Made by a program: the position numbers and the translations under genes. Positions 11,354 to 21,152 of a DNA stretch of 35,561 nt are shown piece after piece (the first letter of the stretch is position 1; each line of letters opens with the position of its first letter). This DNA is from Octopus bimaculoides (taxonomy: Eukaryota). The stretch spans positions 43,503,634 to 43,539,194 of the forward strand of contig NC_068982.1 of NCBI RefSeq assembly GCF_001194135.2, given 5' to 3'. Under the pieces are notes generated by a model. That model was given only the letters and a program-made list of their open reading frames with translations. It searched no databases and was not told the DNA's origin.

Positions 11354-11710
11354 GTTGTTGGCACTCCGTCGCTTACGATGTCGAGGCTTCCAGTTGATCC
11401 GATCAACGGAACAGCCTACTCGTGAAATTAACGTGCAAGTAGCTGAGCACTCCAGAGACACGTGTACCTTTAACGTAGTTCTCGGGGATACTCAGTGTGA
11501 CAAGGCTGGCCCTTTGAATTACAGGCACAACAGAAACAGGAAGTAAGAGTGAGAGAAAGTTGTGGTGAAAGAGTACAGCAGGGTTCGCCACCATCCCCTG
11601 CCGGAGCCTCGTGGAGCTTTAGTTGTTTTCGCTCAATAAACACTCACAACGCCCGGTCTGGGAATCGAAACCGCGATCCTATGACCACGAGTCCGCTGCC
11701 CTAACGCCTG
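11354..11710 (-). mobile_element. Young tRNA-derived SINE (family A, possibly the octopus OR type), head cut by gap
   Basis: Near-identical to 24633-24912, 27288-27644 and 33583-33840; B-box GGTTTCGATTCCC on minus strand. Confidence 0.9.
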
Positions 11711-12294
11711 NNNNNNNNNNNNNNNNNNNNNNNNNNNNNNNNNNNNNNNNNNNNNNNNNNNNNNNNNNNNNNNNNNNNNNNNNNNNNNNNNNNNNNNNNN
11801 NNNNNNNNNNNNNNNNNNNNNNNNNNNNNNNNNNNNNNNNNNNNNNNNNNNNNNNNNNNNNNNNNNNNNNNNNNNNNNNNNNNNNNNNNNNNNNNNNNNN
11901 NNNNNNNNNNNNNNNNNNNNNNNNNNNNNNNNNNNNNNNNNNNNNNNNNNNNNNNNNNNNNNNNNNNNNNNNNNNNNNNNNNNNNNNNNNNNNNNNNNNN
12001 NNNNNNNNNNNNNNNNNNNNNNNNNNNNNNNNNNNNNNNNNNNNNNNNNNNNNNTCTAAGTGCAATCCCATGGCCCTTCATGACTGAACGGAGTCTTCTC
12101 TTTCAGATGAATAATAACTCACAGAGAATTCAATTACTGTGAGAAATTATATTTAATGCTTTGGAAAATTTTTTCTTCTTCAAAGAGATACAAGTTTATA
12201 AGCCATTGTCTGAGTTGCTTGCTAAGAAGCATACTTTTTTTAATTCTAACTACTATTTTATTTCATTACTGCAAAGAATATCGTTTTATTTCTG

Positions 12295-12618
12295 TCATAT
12301 CTTTTGTCTTAGTCATTTGATTGTGGCCATGCTGGGGCACCACTTTGAAGAGTTTTAGTCAAACAAATTGACCTTAGTACATATTTTTTAAGGACTATTA
12401 CTTATTTTATTAGTCTGTATTGTCAAACTGCTATGTTTCTGGGTTGCCAAGTTGTGGGTAGAAGACAAACAAAAATACACACAAGTGTGTAACTAGTTTC
12501 TTTCAGTTTTCATCTACCATATCCACTTACAAGGCTTTGGTTGGCCCAGGGCTATAGTAGAAGACACTTGCCCAAGGTGTCACATGGTGGGACACAACCT
12601 GGAACTATGTGGTTGTGA
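12295..12618 (-). mobile_element. Composite SINE family B, CpG-decayed
   Basis: Tail, body, (CA) spacer and head ttcagttttcatctacc...aaggctttggttggcccagggctatagtagaagacacttgcccaagg. Confidence 0.8.
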
Positions 12619-12997
12619 AGATTTATCTTTTTTAAAGGTCAAATAATTTTGTTTTGTTAAAATTGTAATGAGATTTGTATATATTAAGTCTAAGCATAAA
12701 ACAAAAAAAATCTAAATATATATATATTTATAAATAAACACAGACATTAATACAACAGAATACAATAAAGAAGAGAATGGAAAATGTCCTCAATTTTGTT
12801 TCTTGCTTAATTCTATTGTTATATCTTGTTTATTTAGTATTCTTTGAACTATCCTAGTTTGACTACAATTGTATCAAAATATATTAACGACTGGTTAAAA
12901 ATTATAGTCAATATTACAGAAACAGGTGGTGGTTGTGTTGTCAAAAATTATGTCATAAGTTTAGAAGTTAGGGTAAGTTTGTATGCTTTATTATATA

Positions 12998-13470
12998 GGT
13001 GAAGGAACGTGGCTTAGTGGTTAGGTTGATTCAGCTCACGATCACAAGATCATGAGTTTGATTCCTAGTGGTGTGTTGGGTTCTTCAGCAAGACACTTTA
13101 TTTCGTGTTGCTCCAGCCCACACATCAAGCAAAAATGAGTTATACCTGTTATTCAAAAGGGCCAGCCTTGTCATGTTCTGTGTCACTGAATCTCCCTGAG
13201 AACTATTCTAAGGGTTTGTGTGTCGATGGAGTGCTCAGTCCTAGGACAAAATCCCCACCAAGGACAAAATCCGCCCCCATGAACAAAATCCCCTAGTAGT
13301 CAATATACCCTGAAATATTGTTCTTTCTTTACGATAAAATTATTTTACGAAAGTGAAATTTTATAAAAAAAATTTAGATATTTACGATTGATTAGAATAA
13401 TGATAATTTTGTCCAGGGAAGATTTTGTCCTGATACTGGAGTACTCAGCCACTTGCTTGTTTCATGAGTG
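12998..13470 (+). mobile_element. Chimeric SINE (V/CORE-like head plus family A 3' half) interrupted by a MITE
   Basis: A-box 13010, B-box ~13056, agcaagacactttatttc, then cctgttattcaaaagggccagccttgtca as in family A; resumes at 13437 tggagtactcagccacttgc. Confidence 0.75.
13241..13436. mobile_element. ~195-bp MITE with reiterated GGACAAAATC terminal motifs
   Basis: Three (g/a)gacaaaatcc-like motifs at 13243, 13261 and 13281; two inverted attttgtcc motifs at 13406 and 13422; AT-rich core. Confidence 0.7.
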
Positions 13471-13523
13471 ACCAATTTCATGAGTGATCAATCATGAGTG
13501 ATCAAATCAAATAGAACACTCAC

Positions 13524-13582
13524 CAATATAACCAAAGGAGTGCCAGTAAGAGGAGTCCAATATTTCTGAATTGTCCTTTCAT
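13524..13582 (-). CDS. Probable first coding exon of an unidentified secreted or membrane protein (MKGQFRNIGLLLLALLWLY-)
   Basis: Acceptor catctttctccttcag|ATG, donor TTG|GTGAGT, 59 nt. Basic n-region followed by a 12-residue hydrophobic stretch, as in a signal peptide. A second frame (xERTIQKYWTPLTGTPLVIL) is also open. Confidence 0.55.
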
Positions 13583-13664
13583 CTGAAGGAGAAAGATGTT
13601 CTTGACTGTCATTGTTAAAGATGATGAAGAACATCACATGGGAGACCACAATGAGAGTCAAGAA

Positions 13665-14362
13665 CATCTTTGTCCCACTACTGCTGCTTGACAACCAGTG
13701 ATAGTTATGTTTATGTTCTTATACATTATTAACAATTCAGTGAAAGAGACATAAAAAATAAAAACTAGGATGATTCCTTCAACTAATCCCTTTAAGGTGG
13801 TGCTCCAGTAAGACCACAGTCTAATGACTGAAACAAGTAACAGATAACAGATAAGCAGACCTATTGCTACGATTTATTCTTTTACTTGCTTCTGTCATAT
13901 GATTGCAGCCTTGCTGGAGCATCAGTTTGAAGGATGTTAGTCAAAGAAATTGATCCTTATACTAACTTTGAGTTTTGGACATTTTCTATTGATCTCTTAT
14001 TGCCAAAGTGTTAAAACTGTCAAGCAGTGGGGACAAGCACAACACATACATATATATATATATATTACATATATAATGAATAATATGCATATATAGCATA
14101 ATGTATAATATCATATACACATATTGCATGTCTGTGTTTATTTTTTGCTTGTTTCTGGCATTAGACTGCAGCCATATTGAGGCACCTCTTTGAAGAATTT
14201 TAGTCGCAGGAATATACTCCAGTACTTATATTTTTAAGCCAGATACTCATTCTATTGGTCTCTTTTGTCAAACCACTAAGTTAAGGAGATGTAAACACAC
14301 CAACACCACATGTCAAGTAATGGTGGGTAATGAACATAGACACAAAGATAAACACACACACA
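13665..14362. mobile_element. Cluster of three decayed family B SINE bodies (13665-13855 +, 13872-14050 -, 14135-14362 -)
   Basis: Each carries the gctccagcatggccgcagtc / gactgaaacaagtaa tail module or its reverse complement. Confidence 0.7.
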
Positions 14363-14376
14363 CGTGTGTGTGTATA

Positions 14377-14641
14377 TCATCATCATCATCATCGTTTAAC
14401 GTCCGCTTTCCATGCTAGCATGGGTTGGACGATTTGACTGAGGACTGGTGAAACCGGATGGCAACACCAGGCTCCAGTCTGATTTGGCAGAGTTTCTACA
14501 GCTGGATGCCCTTCCTAACGCCAACCACTCAGAGAGTGTAGTGGGTGCTTTTACGTGTCACCCGCACGAAAACGGCCACGCTCGAAATGGTGTCTTTTAT
14601 GTGCCACCCGCACAAGCCAGTCCAGGGGCACTGGCAACATA
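14377..14641 (-). mobile_element. RTE-clade LINE 3' UTR, young, runs into gap
   Basis: Identical to 2501-2676 over 176 bp; ends ccaggggcactggcaac, the same 17 bp that begin the RTE fragment at 21153. Confidence 0.9.
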
Positions 14642-14950
14642 NNNNNNNNNNNNNNNNNNNNNNNNNNNNNNNNNNNNNNNNNNNNNNNNNNNNNNNNNNN
14701 NNNNNNNNNNNNNNNNNNNNNNNNNNNNNNNNNNNNNNNNNNNNNNNNNNNNNNNNNNNNNNNNNNNNNNNNNNNNNNNNNNNNNNNNNNNNNNNNNNNN
14801 NNNNNNNNNNNNNNNNNNNNNNNNNNNNNNNNNNNNNNNNNNNNNNNNNNNNNNNNNNNNNNNNNNNNNNNNNNNNNNNNNNNNNNNNNNNNNNNNNNNN
14901 NNNNNNNNNNNNNNNNNNNNNNNNNNNNNNNNNNNNNNNNNNNNNNNNNN

Positions 14951-15044
14951 ATATATATATATATATATATAGATATATATATATATATATATAGATATAT
15001 ATATATATATATAGATATATATATATATATATAGATATATATAT

Positions 15045-15079
<35 letters not shown>
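14951..15079. repeat. Compound (AT)n/(GATA)n microsatellite
   Basis: Directly visible. Confidence 0.95.
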
Positions 15080-15330
15080 TCATCATCATCATTTAATGTC
15101 CATCTTCCATGGGTAGGACGGTTGACAGGCTACTGTGTCTGTTTTGGCAGGGTTTTCATGGCTGCATGCTCTTCCTAACACCAACCACACTGCAGAGTAG
15201 ACTCAGTGCTTCTTACATGGTACTAGTAAAAGCAAGGTTAGTTTTGGCATGACTTTTACAGCTGGATGCCCTTCCAAATGCTAACCACTTTACAGTGTGG
15301 ACTAGATGCTTTTCATGTGGCACCACTGAT
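15080..15330 (-). mobile_element. Old RTE-like 3' tail with internal duplication
   Basis: (CAT)n end and two copies of the gctg(c/g)atg(ct/cc)cttcc(t/a)aa motif. Confidence 0.6.
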
Positions 15331-15354
15331 ATAAATATATATATGTATACATGG

Positions 15355-15686
15355 TGGGCTTCTTTCAGATTCTGTCTACCAGATCCACTCACAATGCTAT
15401 AGTAAAGACAAGGTTATAGTAAAGACATTTGTCTCAGGTACAATGCAGTGGGACTGAGCCCAGAACAATGAAGTTGGAAAACAAACTGCTTACTGCACAG
15501 CCACGGTTGTGTCGCCTATGTGTGTGTGTGTGTATAAATTAATATAGACCGCCATGTGCAATGTTTTACCAAAAACTATAATTGTCACTAAATATGACTA
15601 GGGTGTTAGAATACCTACATTGCTAGAAACAAGAGCTAAAAAGTTCTAATACCGTAGTTAAAGCACTTCATTGTATTTTCTTTTGT

Positions 15687-15717
<31 letters not shown>

Positions 15718-15895
15718 TGTGTGTGTGAGAGACAGAAGGAGAGAGGTTGCTTCCAGAGTTTTCAACTGCCAAATTCACTCAAGTCATTAATCAGCCAGGG
15801 GCTATAGTAGAAAATATTTACCCAGTGTGCCACACAATAGAACAGAGCCCAAAACCATGCGTTTGTGAAACAAACCTTAACCACATACCCATGCC
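15355..15895 (-). mobile_element. Two decayed family B SINE heads (15355-15510, 15745-15895)
   Basis: ctacc/ctgcc-a(g/a)at(c/t)cactc, gctatagta(a/g)a and cacagccac-like motifs. Confidence 0.7.
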
Positions 15896-16571
15896 TAAAC
15901 CTTTATCAATAACATTATAAAGAACAACGTTTTCAAGATGCTTAAATATAAGTATAAATTTTCTAAAGCCTTAAAATCATTTTTTTTTTTTTTATATCTG
16001 AGAAACACTGAGAAACCTCTAGTGGAGCACCAGTGCAAGGGAAAATATTGTTTGAAGAATCCTCAGTAATCAACATTCCAGTTTAATCAGTCCATTCCTT
16101 TTTTTGTGTTGTTTTACTTCCTCTCCTATTTAAATTTAATTCATGAACCAACTGAACCAATAAGCTAGATTTATTTTACTGCATGAGTTGTTCTGATTAT
16201 TATCATCATTATTATTGTTGTTGTTGTTATTTTGTTTCTTTTATATACAGAGGAGCCTCAGTAGTGAAATTTCAGGAATTCTATGCTTGAACATATGTCA
16301 GGATAAAAATCAAAATAATCAAGTACTTTAACCAACTCAGTCACGCATGCACTAAAATACACTTCTATACAGGGGATTTCTGTTCTATTTCCTTAATCAC
16401 TGAGCTATGCACAAACACACACACACACACACGTGCATGCATACATACATACATATCCATGGCCTCACAAGACTGACAGATGCCTACTATTATTATATAC
16501 AAACACACATAACTATGTATATCTATTTACATATATCCTTATACAGATGTACAACCACTGATGTGCATAGC

Positions 16572-16574
<3 letters not shown>

Positions 16575-16623
<49 letters not shown>

Positions 16624-16643
16624 CCTACCTACCTATCTATCTA
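16575..16643. repeat. (CTAT)n/(CTAC)n microsatellite
   Basis: Directly visible. Confidence 0.95.
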
Positions 16644-16997
16644 TTATCATTTTAACATCTATACATTTCCATGCTTGCATGGGTTGGACTGTGTTTATGG
16701 AGGCAGTTTCTCTACAACCTGATGCCCTTCTGGTTGTCAACACTCACCTATCATATTGCCAAGGTAACATTGCCCCATGACCAGGCATGTTTTTGCAGAA
16801 TACTGGAAATAAAGGTCTCTGCTTGTATTACAGTGATACTCGTATACAACTATCACCTCGCTGTCAAGACAAGAAGACACACAGAAACACACTACGTGCA
16901 CATACTCGGATACAGACACGCACGTACGAGAACACGCACACACACGTGCGCGCACACGCGTATGTATGAATGTGTGTGTGTGTGAGTGCGAGTGTGT

Positions 16998-17390
16998 CGC
17001 AGGCTTCTTTTAGTTTCTTATTTCTTTATTGCCCACAAGGAGTAAACATAGAGGGGACAAACAAGGACAGACAAAGGGATAAGTTGATTAGATCGACCCA
17101 GTGTGTAACTGGTACTTAATTTATCGACCCCGAAAGGATGAAAGGCAAAGTCGACCTCCGCGGAATTTGAACTCAGAACGTAATGGCAGACGAAATACCG
17201 CTAAGCATTTCGCCCGGCGTGATAACGTTTCTGCCAGCTCGCCGCCTTTCAGTTCCTGTTTACCAAATCCACTCAAAAGGCTTTGGTCGACCCGTAAGTA
17301 TGATAGTGGATATGTGTCCAAAGTGCGACACAGCAGAATTGAACCGGGAACCACGTGGCTAGGAAGCAAACTCCCTACGCACACAGCCAC
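16998..17390 (-). mobile_element. Family B SINE head interrupted by a Meta-domain-like SINE
   Basis: aggcttcttttagtttc [insert] tttcagttcctgtttaccaaatccactc...cacacagccacg. Confidence 0.8.
17017..17246 (-). mobile_element. Near full-length tRNA-head SINE with Meta-like domain (family C)
   Basis: Minus strand GGCGGCGAGCTGGCAGAAACGTTA...GTTCTGAGTTCAAATTCC...GTCGACTTTGCCTTTCATCCTTTCGGGGTCGATAAATTAAGTACCAG. From memory the central part resembles the Sauria/MetaSINE domain. Confidence 0.8.
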
Positions 17391-17399
17391 GTACGTTGA

Positions 17400-17502
17400 G
17401 TATTTTGCTCGAGAATACAACGCTCTAGCAGCCTGGTGATCGAAACCACAATCTCACGAGCGTAACTGCTACGTTCGAAACTCTAGGCCACGCGCCTTTA
17501 CT

Positions 17503-17538
<36 letters not shown>

Positions 17539-17900
17539 AAGAGAAAGAAAGAGAGAGAGAGAAAGAAAGAAAGAGAGAGAAAGAGAGAGAGAGAAAGAGA
17601 GAGAGAGAGAGTATGTCAAAGTATATACCTAGGTCTCTATATCGTTTATTGAGCAGACAAAGAAACATTCCAGAATCAGCAGAATTTCTTATTTCGGTTC
17701 ATATTTCAGTGTGGGCGGATAGTTTTAATTTCCTTCATCATGGTCGTGATGGTGGTAATCATCATCATCATCGTCCCCAAGACAGATTTGTTTATTTAGT
17801 TTCATATACTAAGATTACAGTATCATCAAGACTTATCTCCATGAAAACGATGAATGCATCTACGTAGACGTGTGGTTATGCGTATGTGTTTCTCTCTCTC
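17400..17900 (-). promoter_or_regulatory. Possible promoter/non-coding first exon region of the minus-strand gene
   Basis: CpG-rich unique sequence at the CpG-decay boundary, with possible minus-strand donors at 17457 (CTC|GTGAGA) and 17628 (TAG|GTATAT). Inference only. Confidence 0.2.
17503..17610. repeat. (GA)n/(GAAA)n purine tract
   Basis: Directly visible. Confidence 0.95.
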
Positions 17901-18040
17901 TCACACACACACACACACATACACACACACAGACATTATTGACGGGTAGCCTTCCGGTTTTTCTAAACAAGGGGTATTTTAAACCCAATATTTACATGCT
18001 ACTGCTTGTAGTTTTGTCTCCTTCAAGCTCCTCTATTCTA

Positions 18041-18042
<2 letters not shown>

Positions 18043-18110
<68 letters not shown>
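18043..18110. repeat. (TG)n microsatellite
   Basis: Directly visible. Confidence 0.95.
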
Positions 18111-18113
<3 letters not shown>

Positions 18114-18193
18114 AGGTTGAAAAGGAACACACGAGTTGATATGGAAAAAAAAAAGTCAAGGTAGAAAATGCTAAAATAATTTTATAAAAAACA

Positions 18194-18236
18194 TTTCAGT
18201 ACCGGTTTCAGTCATTGAGACTTTTTCAACTGTAAA
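18194..18236 (-). ncRNA. Minimal type I hammerhead ribozyme motif (U3-A8 core variant)
   Basis: Minus strand ATTTA-CAG-TTGAAAA-AGTC-TCAAT-GACT-GAA-ACCGGT-A-CTG-AAAT: stem I, 4-bp stem II, GAAA, palindromic ACCGGT helix III, GUA cleavage triplet. Same strand as, and downstream of, the Penelope ORF. Confidence 0.65.
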
Positions 18237-18751
18237 TATAGAAAACAATTAAATGAAAGGTTTTTTTAAAGAATATTTGCATAGTATTCAAATACAAGGG
18301 GCATTTTCCTTGTTTCTGCCTGTCTCTGTCTCTCTTGTGAGTTCGAGGTCGTTGTGAATTCTTGGTAGGGAAGAAGAAGAAGAATGCGTGAGTGCTATGA
18401 TAGTAGTAGGATGTTAAACGGTCAAGTGCCCTGAAAGTGTCTTGTTGTAGATGGTAGTAGTGATTGAATTCTTGAGATATCTCTTTTGAATGTATTGTTT
18501 ATAAAATTTGCGTAGGTGTTATTCCAAACAGCAATAGTAGTAAAGTAAGGAACAAGGTGGCGGAGAGAAATAAGACGAAGAAGAAGAAAGAGAAAGAGAA
18601 GAGAGAATAATAAGGGAATGCGAGATGGTATGATAGTAGTAGGATGTTTAATGGTCAAGTGACCTAAAAGTGACTCGTTGTGGATTATAGCTGTTTTTAA
18701 TGAATTGTTGGGTATCTCTTGAATGTATCATTTTTAATATTTGCGTGTGGG

Positions 18752-19440
18752 TTATTCTAAGGCCGTGGTAGATATGTCGTCAGTTGTAGATGCGTTTAAA
18801 AGGGGTCTGTATTTTGTAAAAAGAGTCTCTTTACTTATTCGTTGGCTACAGGTCGTATCGTCCCTGAATTGGTAGAGGGGAAAAATTCTGAAGCTTGGAT
18901 TTTTGTTACTGGCGCAAATGTCGATGTGTTGGCTGAATGCTATTTTTCTGTTTTGGGGAATTTTGATCTGGGATCTGTGCAGAGCCATCCTTTGACGTAG
19001 ACTGTTTTTCATTTGACCTATGTATTGCTCTTGACACCCAGAGCAGGTTAGTGCGTATATCAGGTTCTCTGAAACACATGTGAAGCTGCTCTTCACTGTG
19101 AAACGTTGTCCCTGTTTGAAGAACTCTGATCCCTCAATTAAATTGACGCATATCCCACAGTTGGGGTCTTCCACATTTTTTTTACTGACGGCTTCAGTGT
19201 TGTTGTTGAGCGTATTCGGGCTTGTGTTAGGAGACTTTTCATAGATTTGGGTTGTCTCTTGCTTTTTATGATGGTGTGTGTTTGAAGGATTAAGTTCATT
19301 CTGTGGTCCTTTTTTAGCAGGGGAATGTCTTGAAGGTTGGTGTCGAAGGCTTCATTGTTAAGAGGGTTGTGTATGGAGATGTATGATAGGGCTTTTAGTT
19401 GTAAATCCTTCTTTAGTTTGGGATGTCTGAGTTCGTGGAT
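18752..19440 (-). pseudogene. Penelope RT linker plus GIY-YIG endonuclease remnant
   Basis: YISIHNPLNNEAF...IIKSKRQPKSMKSLLTQAR, frameshift at the A run near 19180, then PNCGIC...FTCVSENLIYALTCSGCQEQYIGQMKNSLRQRMALHRS...LLN. Confidence 0.9.
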
Positions 19441-19814
19441 GTTGAGTTGTAGGGCACATTGAAAACATATGTCAATTAGTGAACAAAACAGTCTACGTCA
19501 TACGTTAATTAGTGAACAAAATGCAGTCTACGTCAAAGGATGGTTCTGCACAGATCCCAGATCAAAATTCCCCAAAATAGAAAAGTAACATTCAGCCAAC
19601 ACGTCGACATTTGCGCCAATAACAAAAATCCAAGCTTCAGGAGTTTGACTTGTAACACGAATAAATACGGAAAGTGAATTCGTTGGATTCAACGATACGT
19701 TTTCAGTTGTTGGACTAGCTGAACTGTATGTACATATTGAATTGGTGTTGAGTATGTAGCTAACTATTCCAGCTCAGTATTCAATGAGTAGGTCCTAGTA
19801 TGATTCCTAGTACT

Positions 19815-19955
19815 CAAAGGGCCAGTTACCCGGTATCCAGAGCGCATAAGTGACCGAGATCCCAACACTGCCCCCAAAATGGCACGCCAGTCCGTCGCAG
19901 GGTTAATCATTTACAGCTCAGCGGACTGCAGCAACGTGAAATGAAGTGTTATGCG
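19815..19955 (-). mobile_element. V-SINE-like fragment
   Basis: gccagtccgtcgcagggtt...catttacagctcagcggactgcagcaacgtgaaatgaagtgtt is the reverse of a V/CORE-like domain. Confidence 0.5.
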
Positions 19956-20085
19956 GTCATATTTATAATTAGGATTTTGGAAATAGATTATTAGTTAAAG
20001 CCTATGTTTTTGTATGCGTGTGTGTGTGTGTATTGAAGTTCCATGAAAGTTGTAAGTACACTTTCCTTTCGCCCTCCCTCTAACA

Positions 20086-20124
<39 letters not shown>

Positions 20125-20217
20125 TGTGCACGCGCGCGATTGTAACCGTTATGGCAAATCAAAAATCGGACAGGATGTGAACAAAAGTTATATTTTAAAA
20201 ATTTTAAATCACACCTT

Positions 20218-20360
20218 ATTATTCTTTTATTCGGTTACATGTTTGGTCATTAGGTTGCGACCAGGCTTGAGCATCGCCTTGAAGGGTGTGAGTCGAACAA
20301 ATAGGCCCCAGGACATATCTTTTAAAGCCTAAAACTTATTCTATCGGTCGCTTTGGCCGG
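20218..20360 (-). mobile_element. Family B SINE tail/body, cut by gap
   Basis: ttattcttttattcggtt...agtcgaacaaataggccccagg...cttattctatcggtc. Confidence 0.7.
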
Positions 20361-21152
20361 NNNNNNNNNNNNNNNNNNNNNNNNNNNNNNNNNNNNNNNN
20401 NNNNNNNNNNNNNNNNNNNNNNNNNNNNNNNNNNNNNNNNNNNNNNNNNNNNNNNNNNNNNNNNNNNNNNNNNNNNNNNNNNNNNNNNNNNNNNNNNNNN
20501 NNNNNNNNNNNNNNNNNNNNNNNNNNNNNNNNNNNNNNNNNNNNNNNNNNNNNNNNNNNNNNNNNNNNNNNNNNNNNNNNNNNNNNNNNNNNNNNNNNNN
20601 NNNNNNNNNNNNNNNNNNNNNNNNNNNNNNNNNNNNNNNNNNNNNNNNNNNNNNNNNNNNNNNNNNNNNNNNNNNNNNNNNNNNNNNNNNNNNNNNNNNN
20701 NNNNNNNNNNNNNNNNNNNNNNNNNNNNNNNNNNNNNNNNNNNNNNNNNNNNNNNNNNNNNNNNNNNNNNNNNNNNNNNNNNNNNNNNNNNNNNNNNNNN
20801 NNNNNNNNNNNNNNNNNNNNNNNNNNNNNNNNNNNNNNNNNNNNNNNNNNNNNNNNNNNNNNNNNNNNNNNNNNNNNNNNNNNNNNNNNNNNNNNNNNNN
20901 NNNNNNNNNNNNNNNNNNNNNNNNNNNNNNNNNNNNNNNNNNNNNNNNNNNNNNNNNNNNNNNNNNNNNNNNNNNNNNNNNNNNNNNNNNNNNNNNNNNN
21001 NNNNNNNNNNNNNNNNNNNNNNNNNNNNNNNNNNNNNNNNNNNNNNNNNNNNNNNNNNNNNNNNNNNNNNNNNNNNNNNNNNNNNNNNNNNNNNNNNNNN
21101 NNNNNNNNNNNNNNNNNNNNNNNNNNNNNNNNNNNNNNNNNNNNNNNNNNNN

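Larger units (their letters stand above)
18120..19640 (-). mobile_element. Penelope-like retroelement, 5'-truncated, with an inverted 5' segment
   Basis: GIY-YIG endonuclease remnant, 3' UTR repeats, hammerhead motif, and an inverted copy of 18888-19004 at 19524-19640. Left boundary approximate. Confidence 0.85.
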
